Positions 9,867 through 19,174 of a stretch of DNA of 64,000 nt are shown here, piece by piece. The position numbers and the translations under genes are program-made. The notes beneath the pieces were generated by a model. The model saw only the letters and a program-made list of their open reading frames with translations. It was not told where the DNA came from and ran no database searches. How positions within the stretch are numbered: the first letter of the stretch is position 1; each line of letters opens with the position of its first letter. This DNA is from Acidimicrobiales bacterium. GTDB taxonomy: Bacteria > Actinomycetota > Acidimicrobiia > Acidimicrobiales > JAJPHE01. Where the stretch lies: assembly GCA_035695125.1 (NCBI GenBank), contig DASSEU010000051.1, forward strand, positions 197,823-261,822, read 5' to 3'.

Positions 9867-11267
9867 GTGATGGCTCCCCAGGTGCGCGTCAGGATGGCCC
9901 CCTCGCCGACCGGGTACTTCCACGTCGGCGGGGCGCGCACCGCGCTGTACAACTGGCTCTACGCGCGGCGGAACCACGGAGTGTTCATCCTCAGAATCGA
10001 GGACACCGACCGGGAGCGGAACCAGCCCGAGTGGGTCGAGGGGATCCTGTCGGCCATGAAGTGGCTGGGCCTCGACTGGGACGAGGGCCCCTTCTTCCAG
10101 TCGGAGTTTGCCGAGTTGCACCGCTCTGCTGGCCTGGCCCTCTACGACCAGGGCCGCGCCTACTACTGCGACTGCACGCGCGAGCTGGTCGAGTCCCGCA
10201 AGGAGAAGGGAGCCCCGCCGGGCTACGACGCCTTCTGCGCCGACAGAGGGCTCGAGCCGGGACCGGGACGGGCCCTGCGCTTCCGCGTCCCCCGCCCCGG
10301 CAAGACCACGGTCTCCGACGTCATCCGAGGTGAGGTCTCCTTCGACCACGACGTCATCGACGACTTCATCCTTCTCAAGTCCGACGGCCAACCGCTGTTC
10401 CTGCTGGCCAATGTCGTGGACGACATCGAGATGAATGTCACCCATGTGATTCGGGGGGAGGAGCACCTGGCCAACACGCCCAAGGCCCTGATGCTGTGGA
10501 AGGCGCTGGGGCGTGGAGACCCGCCGGTGTTCGCCCACGTCCCCGTCCTCGTCAACGAGAAGAGACAGAAGCTCTCCAAGCGGCGGGACCCGGTCGCCGT
10601 CGAGGGCTACCGGGACGAGGGCTACCTGCCCGAGGCGATGGTGAACTACCTGGCCCTGCTGGGCTGGAGTCCTGTTGACCGGGAGATCCTCTCCCTCGAC
10701 GAGATGGTGGTCGAGTTCCGCCTCGAGGAGGTGAACAACTCCCCGGCGTTCTTCGACGTGGCCAAGCTCCGCCACTTCAACGGGGAGTACATCCGGGCCC
10801 TCCCGGTCGGTCGGTTCATCGAACTGTGCCGCCCGTGGCTGGACAACGCACCATGGCCGCCCGAGGCCTTCGACGAGGACGCCTTCGCCCGCATGGCCGC
10901 CCTGGTGCAGGAGCGCATCGCGACCCTGCAGGAGGTCCCCGGCATGGTGGACTTCCTGTTCCTCGACGATCCGCCCCTCGACGAGGCGGCCTGGGACAAG
11001 GCGGTGACCCGGGCGCCCGGCGCCAGGGAGATCCTCACGGCTGTGGGCTCCGGCCTGGTCGACTGTCCGTGGGACGCGGCCTCGATCCGTCAGGTCATCG
11101 AGTCGGCCGCCGAGGCCAACGGGCTCAAGCTGGCCAAGGCCCAGGCACCCGTCCGGGTGGCCATCACCGGCCGCACCGTGGGGCCCCCGCTGTTCGAGTC
11201 CATCGAGGTGCTCGGGCGGGAGCGGGCCGTGGCTCGCCTGGAAGCGGCACTCCGTCGGCTAGCCTGA
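9867..11267 (+). CDS. gltX: Glutamyl-tRNA synthetase
   Basis: VRVRMAPSPTGYFHVGGARTALYNWLYARRNHGVFILRIEDTDRERN contains the HIGH region, and KLSKR (KMSKS) is present. Confidence 0.9.
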   Translation: MMAPQVRVRMAPSPTGYFHVGGARTALYNWLYARRNHGVFILRIEDTDRERNQPEWVEGILSAMKWLGLDWDEGPFFQSEFAELHRSAGLALYDQGRAYYCDCTRELVESRKEKGAPPGYDAFCADRGLEPGPGRALRFRVPRPGKTTVSDVIRGEVSFDHDVIDDFILLKSDGQPLFLLANVVDDIEMNVTHVIRGEEHLANTPKALMLWKALGRGDPPVFAHVPVLVNEKRQKLSKRRDPVAVEGYRDEGYLPEAMVNYLALLGWSPVDREILSLDEMVVEFRLEEVNNSPAFFDVAKLRHFNGEYIRALPVGRFIELCRPWLDNAPWPPEAFDEDAFARMAALVQERIATLQEVPGMVDFLFLDDPPLDEAAWDKAVTRAPGAREILTAVGSGLVDCPWDAASIRQVIESAAEANGLKLAKAQAPVRVAITGRTVGPPLFESIEVLGRERAVARLEAALRRLA

Positions 11268-11278
11268 GGCCTGCCCAT

Positions 11279-11353
11279 TCGGGGGTGGTGTAATCGGCAA
11301 CACAGCAGGTTCTGGCCCTGCCATTGGGGGTTCGAGTCCTCCCCCCCGAGCCA
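11279..11353 (+). tRNA. tRNA-Gln (anticodon CTG), with CCA encoded
   Basis: Hand-folded cloverleaf: acceptor TCGGGGG/CCCCCGA, anticodon stem GCAGG/CCTGC with loop TTCTGGC, T-loop GGTTCGAGTCC, 3' GCCA. Coordinates are good to about +/-2 nt. Confidence 0.7.
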
Positions 11354-11484
11354 ACTTGCAGTCGCGAAGCCGCAGGTAAGAGGCGGGTTCCGAGGCGGCG
11401 GGAGTTCCCCGAGGGGCTCGTGAAGTTCGGCCCCGCCATGTGGCCGCTGAGGCGTGGTGGCCTCGTAGCGCCACCGCCGAGCGC

Positions 11485-12012
11485 TCAGTCCTGAGCGTCG
11501 AGCGCCGCGAGTAACGCCTTCATCCACGGCCCCAAGTCTGCGGGAGTGCGCGCCGAGATCAGGTTCCCGTCGACCACCGTCTCCTCGTCCACCCAGTCCA
11601 CCCCGGCATTCACCATGTCGTCCTTGATAGCGCTGACGCTGGTGGCCCGGCGTCCCTTCACGATCTGGGCGGAGATCGGGACCCATCCGGCGTGGCAGAT
11701 GAAGGCGATGGGCTTGGTGGATCGGTCGAAGGCCCGTACCAGCTCGAGGACGACCTCGGAACGGCGCAGCTTGTCAGGGGCGAAGCCACCAGGGACCACC
11801 AAGGCATCGAAGTCGGCCTCCGCCACCTCCTCCACGGTGGCGTCAACCTCGACGGGACCGTGCCCCTTCTTCCCGGTGACCGGGGAGCGGTCCAGGCCCA
11901 CGACTGTCACGCCTACCCCCTCCTCCCGGAGCCGATAAACGGGATAGAGAAGCTCCATGTCCTCGAACAAATCGGCTGCCAGAACCACGACCCGCTTGCC
12001 TTCAGGACTCAT
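11485..12012 (-). CDS. DJ-1/PfpI family protein (class I glutamine amidotransferase-like)
   Basis: MSPEGKRVVVLAADLFEDMELLYPVYRLREEGVGVTVVG...IAFICHAGWVPISA carries the nucleophile-elbow Cys. Inferred start at the internal Met of track ORF 11485..12054. Confidence 0.8.
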   Translation of the reverse strand: MSPEGKRVVVLAADLFEDMELLYPVYRLREEGVGVTVVGLDRSPVTGKKGHGPVEVDATVEEVAEADFDALVVPGGFAPDKLRRSEVVLELVRAFDRSTKPIAFICHAGWVPISAQIVKGRRATSVSAIKDDMVNAGVDWVDEETVVDGNLISARTPADLGPWMKALLAALDAQD

Positions 12013-12330
12013 GAACCCGAGCCTAGAAGGGTCGGGGGGAACTCCTGAAGGCAAGCGCTAGCGGTCAGCAGCGTGGGCCTCACCATGCACCCTGTCGTGC
12101 AGACCCTGCTGGGTCGTAGGACTTAGCGAGTCAGGAGCGTCCAGGCCATGGTCCAAGGCCAGATGATCATGGAGTGATCCGTCCAGCGGCTCGGCATGGA
12201 CGTGGTCGTGGGAGCCGACGGCGCCCTCGGCCTGCTCGATCTCGGGTTCAGGGACCTCGGACATGCGGCTGGCATACCCGGCCAGGGTCCTCGTCAGACC
12301 GCAGCGGGGAAAGCGCTGCAAGTTGCCTCG

Positions 12331-13851
12331 CTAGATCCAGCCCGCCAGCAGCCCGGAGCCCTTGAGCTCGTCCCAGTTGCGCCCCGGCGTCGACGGGCCC
12401 CCGGATCCGCTGGCCGGATCCCCGCCTGCCGTGGGGCCGCCCCCCGGGAACCCGGGCACGTCGCAACCGCCCGACACGAACGGTGCCAGCTCGGGCAGGG
12501 CGGGAACCGACGGGTCGGGACGGGCCATGTCCAGGGCGGCGGCCAGGTTGCTGAGCGCTCGGGACGAGGCACCACGGGCCGGGATGGACGCGTCCCTCGG
12601 CGTCAGCGGGCGCAGCCGCCAGTTGGCCTCGATCAGCGCCAGGACCGACGTGTGGTCGAACATCGTCGACGCGATCCGGGGCCGGGCGGGATTTCCCCTG
12701 GTGAAGGGCGAGGCCACGATGCACGGCACCCGGAAGCCACCCAGCACCCCGGTGATCGATCCGTTGCGCGCCCGGACCACGTGCTTGGTGTCGATGTACT
12801 GGTTCCCCGGCGCGACCACTGGTGGGGCCACGTGGTCGAAGAAGCCGCCCCACTCGTCGTAGTTGACGACGAGGACGGTCCGGTCCCACCCGGGCCCGTC
12901 GGCCACGGCATGGAAGACCTCGGACAGGAAGGCATCCCCCGCCCGGAGGTCGGACAGCGGATGGTCATCCCCGGACGTGCCGCTGCCCTCGTCCTCGAAG
13001 CGCGGGTCCACGATGGCGACGTTCGGCAGCGTTCCGGCGGCGCAGTCGGCGAGAAACTGCGGATACGGATCCGATATCGGCAGGTACTTCTGGCCCCAGA
13101 ACGCGAGGAACGGGAGGTCGCTGAAGTAGTAACGGCCGCTCGGTCTGTCCGCCTGATTGAGCTGGTCCCAGATCGACGGCATGGTCGAAGGGCTCACCTC
13201 CAACGGTGAGCTTTCCGGGGCGGTGCTGTCCTCCAACCGGTCGGTCTGGGCCGCGTGCTGGAAGAAGCGGTTGGGCCAGGTCGGCCCGAGATACGAGCAG
13301 AAGTAGTTGTCACACGTCGTGTAGTTGAGCGCCAGCTGACTCATGAAGGGACGCTGGTCGGCCAGGTAGTAGCTGAGAGCGTAGGTCGTGTTGTTGGGAT
13401 CGGTCAGGAAGCCGTCCATGCGCCCCCCGTCCCACTGGACCCGGCCGCCCACGTAGCCGTGGTCCTGGTCCCGCTGTCCGCACGCATTGAGCACGGGAGT
13501 GTGGTAGATCCGGTGCGGCCGCCCCGAGGCGTCGGTGTAGGAGAACCGGGCATGGCGCTGGGGGTCCACCACGCGCCCGTCGGGTGCCACGCCGATGCCG
13601 TTGGCTCCCGGCAGCCACCCCATGAAGTGGTCGAAGCTGCGGTTCTCCATCATCACCACGACCACGTGGTCGATGCCGAGTCGGCCCGGCACGGCCGGGG
13701 TGGACGCCGCCGTGGCCCGCTGGAGTGCGGGCACGACGATCCGTTTCCCCGACGCCAGGGCCCGGGCGCCCTGGCCCAACACGGCGGCGCCGGCGAGGCC
13801 AGCCGCGCCCTTGACGAAGCCCCGGCGGGACAGAGAGTGGCCGTTGCTCAT
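12331..13851 (-). CDS. Phosphoesterase family protein (phospholipase C / acid phosphatase AcpA family) with a Tat signal peptide
   Basis: MSNGHSLSRRGFVKGAAGLAGAAVLG is a twin-arginine motif. IDHVVVVMMENRSFDHFMGWLPG, VPNVAIVDP and VVNYDEWGGFFDHVAPP are phosphoesterase motifs. The real start is the internal Met of track ORF 12331..14298, whose upstream part is the other frame of the next gene. Confidence 0.8.
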   Translation of the reverse strand: MSNGHSLSRRGFVKGAAGLAGAAVLGQGARALASGKRIVVPALQRATAASTPAVPGRLGIDHVVVVMMENRSFDHFMGWLPGANGIGVAPDGRVVDPQRHARFSYTDASGRPHRIYHTPVLNACGQRDQDHGYVGGRVQWDGGRMDGFLTDPNNTTYALSYYLADQRPFMSQLALNYTTCDNYFCSYLGPTWPNRFFQHAAQTDRLEDSTAPESSPLEVSPSTMPSIWDQLNQADRPSGRYYFSDLPFLAFWGQKYLPISDPYPQFLADCAAGTLPNVAIVDPRFEDEGSGTSGDDHPLSDLRAGDAFLSEVFHAVADGPGWDRTVLVVNYDEWGGFFDHVAPPVVAPGNQYIDTKHVVRARNGSITGVLGGFRVPCIVASPFTRGNPARPRIASTMFDHTSVLALIEANWRLRPLTPRDASIPARGASSRALSNLAAALDMARPDPSVPALPELAPFVSGGCDVPGFPGGGPTAGGDPASGSGGPSTPGRNWDELKGSGLLAGWI

Positions 13852-16598
13852 CCCGGCGCCCCGGTGGTGTGGTCCATGAGCCAGGAGGTCACGTTGTCGT
13901 GCCGGCGGTAGGCGGTGACGGCGCCCTTGGCCCGGTCGGCCTCGGCAGGAGAGGCGTTGGGGCCGGGGCCGGGCGGATGCGACCGCGTCCCGTAGACGCT
14001 CTGCCAGAGGACCTGATCGAACAGCTGCTGGGGGACCAGGTCGACGTCGTTGTAGGGCAGGGCGGCGGCCAGGCCGGTGGGCGGCGTGGTGGTCAGCTCG
14101 GTCAACGGCTGGGTCGGGGTCACGGCCGTGTACGGCGTGAGATCCGGCTTGGCGTCCCCAGCCACAAAGGCGTCGTACATCGGCTCGGCCAGGCCGTCGT
14201 ACAGGGACAGCGGCTTGAGTCCCAGCATCAGCTCGACGGTGCGGAGCATCGACTCCTGGTCGTACCGGGTGTGGACCACCGCTCCGTGTCGGGCCCATGG
14301 TGAGATGACGAACGCCGGCATCCGGTGGGCGTCGACGTGATCGGCACCGTCCTGGGAGTCGTCCTCCTCGACGAAGATCGCGCTCTGGGACCAGATGGGG
14401 GAGTGGCTGAGCAGCTGGACCAGCTGACCGAGACCGAGATCGTTGTCAGCCACCATGGCCTTGGGGGTCGGGTAGTTCATCTGAACCCCGTTGGTGTGGT
14501 CGTTGGGCAGGGTCAGATACGTGAGCGCGGGTACGGTGTTGGTGGCGATCTCCTCATCGAAGGAGGTCTGGAAGAAGTCGAACCGGCTGCGGGCCGTGTC
14601 GAGCTGGCCGGCGGGACCGATCGATCCCGAGTCCTGGTCGCATACGGCCGAGTTGTTGAGCCCGTTGGGGGCAATCCCGAAGTTGTCGCACCCGAAGAAG
14701 ATCGGGTATCCCCAGGCCGTGTTCGCCTGGACCGACCGGTAGGTGGGCCGACCGTCGTCACCCTGGGGAAGGTCTCCGGCGCTGTACTCGCCGTAGTTGC
14801 GGAAGGAGACCCCCTGACGGGCGGCCTGGTCGAAGATGAAGTCGTCCGGGGGGAAGGTGACGGGGTCCTGGCCGAAGTTGGCGATGCGTCCCCGGTTCGA
14901 GTAGTTGGGATGCAGGGCCTTGAGCACGAAGTCGGTCGCGTAGGCGCCCGAGGTGACGATGTGACCGTCGACCGAAACCTCGCTATCGGCATAGAAGTGG
15001 TCGAGGAGGGGGAACTGGCGCGCCAACCGGTGGGCGTTGGGTGTGACGCCCCCCGCCGGGCCCTTGGCCCCGTTGTCGTCGAACAGCTCCAGGGCGGGGT
15101 CACCGTCCCCGCGCTTGTCCGACCCGAAGATCTGATCGTAGGTGCGGTTCTCCTTGACGACCAGGAAGACGTGCTTGATCTGGCGGCTGGGACCACCCCC
15201 GGGCGCTTCCACCGGAGTGTTGGCTGGTCCCGGGCTCAGGTCGGTGGGCCGGATCTCGGCGGTCACCTCTCTGCCGAGCCGGGACAGGGCGGCGTCGCTG
15301 GGAGCGGCCAGGACGCCGACCCGGCCGAGCAGCATGTCGATGACGTACTGCCCGTACGGCGCGGCGTCACTGTTGGCGAAATACTGGCCGTAGAGGGGAT
15401 TGGGCCCGGCCCCGAGCCCCTTGGCTGCCAGCCACACGACCCGGCGTCCGTCCGGCGTGACCGCGACGGCGGTGGTGTAGGAGGCGGTGGGGATCCGGCC
15501 GAGCAATTGGAACGCTCCCGCCCGGTTCCTCGGGCGGAGGCTGATCACGCTCACTGCGTCCTCGCCGGCGTCGGCCACGTACAGGCGGGATCCGTCAGGA
15601 GCCTCCGCCAGAGCCACCGGCGCGGTGCCGACGCCCTCCTTGCGGCGGACCGAGACGCGGTGGGCCACGGTGCCGGTCCGGGTATCGACCACGGCCACGT
15701 AGTCCTGGTTGGTGACGGCCACGTACAGGGCGTGGCGGGCCGGATCGGCTATCAACCCCTCGGGGTGGGAGTTCGTGACGCCGACGGTGATCGTCCTGGT
15801 CACGGTCGCAGATCCGACGTCCACAACCGAAACAGTCCCGTCGTACTCGTTGGACACGTAGGCGGTGCTCCCGACCACCGCCACGCCATAGGGGTAGGAA
15901 CCCACCTTCACCAGACGGCTGGAGCGGGTGGCGAGATCCACGACCGCCACCTGGTCGGCCTGGTTGAGGGCCACGACCAGGCTGCGCCCGTCGGCGGTCA
16001 GGCCGAGGCCGATCGGCCAGCCCAGGCCCGAGGAAGGGCCGGGACCCGGAGGCTCGTAGATCAACGAGAGCGGATTGGCGCCCTCCTTCTGGGCGCTGCC
16101 CCCGCTGGTCGCGGGAAGCGGGATGGGCGGCCGCTCGACGGCGTGGCCGGACGCGGGATCGACGCTGAACACGTGGATGGCGTCTCCGCCGTCCGCGACC
16201 GTCGTGCCGCCGGGATGGCTGTCCCCCTTGGGCTCCCCGGACACGTACACCGTGCGTCCGTCGGGGGCATAGACGATCCCGCCGTAGGCCCCGGGCAGGG
16301 GCAGGACCTGCTGGACCCCTCCGCTCGAGACGTCGAGCACCCGGACATCGTCCTGGCCGTGGCCGGAGTCCACGGCCCAGTAGAACCGGCCGTCGGGGGA
16401 GAGGGCGCCACCGGTCGGGTAGTCCCCGACGGTGGTCATACGGCCGTCGGGAACCAGGTGCCTCCCGCTCGGGGTCAGGGAGAAGGCCGGCCCGACGCGC
16501 CCGGAGGTGCCCATGGCCGCCGAGGCGACCCCGGCCACTCCCAGGCCGGCGGCCGCGACGAGGGCCGTGACGGCGGCGATCCTTGGCGATCCACGCAC
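13848..16598 (-). CDS. Secreted fusion protein: N-terminal ~450 aa beta-propeller (YVTN/lactonase-like repeats) plus a C-terminal phosphoesterase (phospholipase C/AcpA family) domain
   Basis: Signal peptide MRGSPRIAAVTALVAAAGLGVAGVASA. Repeated blade-like segments (YVSGE, YVSNEYDGTVSVVDV, LYVAVTNQDYVAVVD, LYVADAGEDAVSVISL). Then KHVFLVVKENRTYDQIFG...TYLTLPNDHTNG...IFVEEDDSQDGADHVDAHRMPAFVISPWA. Its stop overlaps the start of 12331..13851 (ATGA). Confidence 0.8.
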   Translation of the reverse strand: MRGSPRIAAVTALVAAAGLGVAGVASAAMGTSGRVGPAFSLTPSGRHLVPDGRMTTVGDYPTGGALSPDGRFYWAVDSGHGQDDVRVLDVSSGGVQQVLPLPGAYGGIVYAPDGRTVYVSGEPKGDSHPGGTTVADGGDAIHVFSVDPASGHAVERPPIPLPATSGGSAQKEGANPLSLIYEPPGPGPSSGLGWPIGLGLTADGRSLVVALNQADQVAVVDLATRSSRLVKVGSYPYGVAVVGSTAYVSNEYDGTVSVVDVGSATVTRTITVGVTNSHPEGLIADPARHALYVAVTNQDYVAVVDTRTGTVAHRVSVRRKEGVGTAPVALAEAPDGSRLYVADAGEDAVSVISLRPRNRAGAFQLLGRIPTASYTTAVAVTPDGRRVVWLAAKGLGAGPNPLYGQYFANSDAAPYGQYVIDMLLGRVGVLAAPSDAALSRLGREVTAEIRPTDLSPGPANTPVEAPGGGPSRQIKHVFLVVKENRTYDQIFGSDKRGDGDPALELFDDNGAKGPAGGVTPNAHRLARQFPLLDHFYADSEVSVDGHIVTSGAYATDFVLKALHPNYSNRGRIANFGQDPVTFPPDDFIFDQAARQGVSFRNYGEYSAGDLPQGDDGRPTYRSVQANTAWGYPIFFGCDNFGIAPNGLNNSAVCDQDSGSIGPAGQLDTARSRFDFFQTSFDEEIATNTVPALTYLTLPNDHTNGVQMNYPTPKAMVADNDLGLGQLVQLLSHSPIWSQSAIFVEEDDSQDGADHVDAHRMPAFVISPWARHGAVVHTRYDQESMLRTVELMLGLKPLSLYDGLAEPMYDAFVAGDAKPDLTPYTAVTPTQPLTELTTTPPTGLAAALPYNDVDLVPQQLFDQVLWQSVYGTRSHPPGPGPNASPAEADRAKGAVTAYRRHDNVTSWLMDHTTGAPG

Positions 16599-16824
16599 GA
16601 CCTGACGTTCCGCCCCGGCCGTCCTGAGACCTGCCTGGGCCGGGTGAAACCTGGGTGGCCGGGCGGTGAACCGGGCCTTGCGTCAGCTCGTCCCGGCCTG
16701 CCTGTCAGGGCCCGGCCCCCGGGCGATGTCCAGAGCCGGACCTGTAAGCTGTCTCGGCTTAGCGGGTCAGAGAGCCTCCTCCCGACGCTCAAGACCCCCC
16801 GGCCAGGCCCCACGAGGGCCGCCC

Positions 16825-16897
16825 GGCCCCATCGTCTAGAGGCCTAGGACACCACCCTCTCAAGGTGGCGACACGGGTTCGAATCCCGTTGGGGCTG
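16825..16897 (+). tRNA. tRNA-Glu (anticodon CTC); CCA not encoded
   Basis: GGCCCCATCGTCTAGAGGCCTAGGACACCACCCTCTCAAGGTGGCGACACGGGTTCGAATCCCGTTGGGGCTG aligns closely with E. coli tRNA-Glu, including the GTCTAGAGGCCTAGGAC D-arm and GGTTCGAATCC T-loop. Confidence 0.8.
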
Positions 16898-16999
16898 CTG
16901 GCTGGCTGGCTGGCCACCACTTGCGGTTGACCCCCCTGGGTGGACCGCTGTGAGGAGAATGAGGCCTGGGGTGATCGGCACCTTCGCCGGGTCGGCGCA

Positions 17000-17284
17000 T
17001 CACCCCGCCGAGCCGTCCGTCGGAGGGGATGACCGGGTGGACCTTCTCCGGACCACTATCCACACGGTGATGAGGGCGGTTACAAGAAGGAGGATCAGGA
17101 GCGTCAGCCACCTGAGGCCGGTAGCGAGATCCCGATTGCCGGCACAGTCGAAGTTGTCGAACGTGCAGTCTGAACCATTGACAGTCGCCGCTTGCCGGAA
17201 GTGGTAGCCGGCCAGCGCCGCCGCGCCGAGACCGGTCAGGACCAACAGTCCTGACCACACCCTCCCGACCGTCACTCTGAACAC
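17000..17284 (-). CDS. Small membrane protein (94 aa, two TM segments flanking a Cys-containing loop)
   Basis: [19 protein letters not shown] ... LRWLTLLILLLVTALITVWIVV. No family recognised. Confidence 0.4.
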   Translation of the reverse strand: MFRVTVGRVWSGLLVLTGLGAAALAGYHFRQAATVNGSDCTFDNFDCAGNRDLATGLRWLTLLILLLVTALITVWIVVRRRSTRSSPPTDGSAG

Positions 17285-17358
17285 GAACCAAGTGTGGCCT
17301 TCCCGGCGGTCGTTTGCCCGCTTCGGGGCGCCCTCGGCGAGATCGATCGTGGCGGTCG

Positions 17359-18021
17359 CTAGCCGGTCACTTCATGCTGGTCGCCACGCAGCTCTGACTC
17401 GGCCGTCCCTGCAATGGTGGCTGTCGCCCGGCGCGGCCGCCCACTCAGTCTCTGTCCGACCCGGCCTGCTATGAAGACGGTTTCCATACTTGCCATGAAC
17501 AGGATGTAGATGGGAAAGGCCACGTCCGCTGTGGTGAACCGACTCACGGTCAGGAGCGTGACGGCGGCGTTGATGGCAGCGGTGATGTAGGCCGCCGCAG
17601 TCTCGGTCTCCGGCCAGCGCCATGACTTTCGCAGGGTTGGGGCCGCGGCCAAGGCGTCGGCGGCAATGGAGGCCACCAGTGCGACCGTTCCGTGTCGGGT
17701 CACCAGCCATATGACGAGTCCTGCCACCGAGACGACTGCGCAGGCGTAGTCGAGCGGTGAGATCTTCCATGACCCGGTGGGAGTCCAGAAGGAGGCGATG
17801 AGGATCAGCAGGGGACCGAAGCCCACGGTGAAGGTCATCAGCGAACGGAGGCCGACCCCAGAGTGGATCTCTACGGCGAAGGCCAGCAGGGGCGCGGCCG
17901 CCCACAGCGCCCATGTGACCCGGTGCGGTTGGGTCACCCCTCGGAGGGTGTCGCGGATGTAGGCGAACATCCCCCAGGTGCCGATCACAGCTCCGAGGAT
18001 GACGAAATGAACGTCGAGCAC
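17359..18021 (-). CDS. Integral membrane protein, hypothetical (about 6 TM)
   Basis: Hydrophobic helices throughout (FVILGAVIGTWGMFAYI, WALWAAAPLLAFAV, FGPLLILIASFW, AVVSVAGLVIWLV, ...). Confidence 0.5.
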   Translation of the reverse strand: MLDVHFVILGAVIGTWGMFAYIRDTLRGVTQPHRVTWALWAAAPLLAFAVEIHSGVGLRSLMTFTVGFGPLLILIASFWTPTGSWKISPLDYACAVVSVAGLVIWLVTRHGTVALVASIAADALAAAPTLRKSWRWPETETAAAYITAAINAAVTLLTVSRFTTADVAFPIYILFMASMETVFIAGRVGQRLSGRPRRATATIAGTAESELRGDQHEVTG

Positions 18022-18264
18022 TATCGGATGCCCCTGTGCTGATGGTCCGCAGTCAACCGCTCATCCTCGGCTCCGCCCGGTGTCGGGGTCTTTGGCGGTA
18101 CCGACCGTTAGTGGCGCCGGGGCCGGGTGCGGGGGCCGTCCTCCGGGCCGGCGAAGAAAGCCGCGGCGACCGAGGGGTTGGGGATGACCTCGTTGGTTAC
18201 CTGCACAATGCCAGTGTACGCCTGGCCGCGTTTCAGAGGTGGCAGACGCGGGCATCACTGCTAG

Positions 18265-19107
18265 ATGGTCTCGGTGCCGACGCGTCCGATGGAGTTCGAT
18301 TCATGGCTCGACGATGTGCCAAGGCACTTCGCCGCCAATGGAGACATCGTGATGAGCCATGTACTGGCCGTGCTGTCGTCCGTGTTTCCCGATGGGGAGG
18401 ACTACTTCGTACGCTCCGTTGAGGCGGCGCGCGATCAGATCGGTGATCCGAAGCTACTTCAGGACGTCGACGGATTCGTGGGACAGGAATCCATGCACGG
18501 CCGCGAGCACCGCGTGCTCAACGAGAGGTTGGCTCAGCTCGGATATCCCACCCGCGCCATCGGTGCCTACGTTCGATGGCTGTTCCGCACGCGGGAGCGG
18601 TTCCACAACAAGCGGCTTCATCTGGCATTCACCGCCGCTCTCGAGCACTACACGGCAACCTTGGCAGAAACTCTTCTGAGCGATCCTGATGCGCGGGAGG
18701 AAATCGGACACCTCGGTGTACGCCATCTGCTGATCTGGCACGCCCTTGAGGAAGCCGAGCACAAGGCTGTGGCCTTTGACGCCTACCGGGCCCTGGGCGG
18801 TACGGAACGAATGAGAGTCGCCACGATGTGGATGACCCACGTGCTCTTTGTGCTCGAGACCTCGATATGGGCGGCAGTCTCCATCGCCATGGATCCCGAT
18901 GCCCGGCGTCATCCGGTCCGGCTGGCCCGGAGCCTCGTGCGACTCCCTCGCTCTCCGTTTGCTCGTCCGCAGGCGGTCCGCCAGCTCTTCGAATACAACC
19001 GGCGCGGGTTCCATCCGAACGATCGTGATACGACCAAGCTGATCTCCCGCTGGCGAAGTGAGCTCTTCGGAGACGACGGACGGTTGGTCGCCATTCTGGC
19101 GGGTTGA
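18265..19107 (+). CDS. Predicted metal-dependent hydrolase (PF10118-like)
   Basis: His/Glu-rich helical pattern HVLAVLSSVFPDGEDYF...GQESMHGREH...ALEHYTATLAE...HALEEAEHKAVAFDAY. The family assignment is from memory. Confidence 0.6.
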   Translation: MVSVPTRPMEFDSWLDDVPRHFAANGDIVMSHVLAVLSSVFPDGEDYFVRSVEAARDQIGDPKLLQDVDGFVGQESMHGREHRVLNERLAQLGYPTRAIGAYVRWLFRTRERFHNKRLHLAFTAALEHYTATLAETLLSDPDAREEIGHLGVRHLLIWHALEEAEHKAVAFDAYRALGGTERMRVATMWMTHVLFVLETSIWAAVSIAMDPDARRHPVRLARSLVRLPRSPFARPQAVRQLFEYNRRGFHPNDRDTTKLISRWRSELFGDDGRLVAILAG

Positions 19108-19174
19108 GGGCGCTGGGAGGCGCCTCCACCGTTTCCCGCCTATAGGGGATGACGGCCGGGGTGCGGGGCTGCCT

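Noticed and set aside
11354-11484. Looked for a second tRNA (tRNA-Glu) right after tRNA-Gln, as in the mycobacterial layout
   Set aside because: No cloverleaf or GGTTCGAAT T-loop is visible on either strand. The tRNA-Glu is instead at 16825..16897.
12058-12321. An 87 aa His/Asp-rich ORF between the PfpI and PLC genes
   Set aside because: Third-position GC is only about 70% by my count, well below the neighbouring genes, and no family resemblance is seen. It is more likely an intergenic promoter/terminator region; left uncalled.
14325-16847. An 840 aa plus-strand ORF, the largest in this region
   Set aside because: It is antisense to the beta-propeller::phosphoesterase gene, which has clear domain motifs and a signal peptide. 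Its own translation is Gly/Arg/Asp/Val-rich and low-complexity with no recognisable domain, the typical open antisense frame of high-GC DNA.
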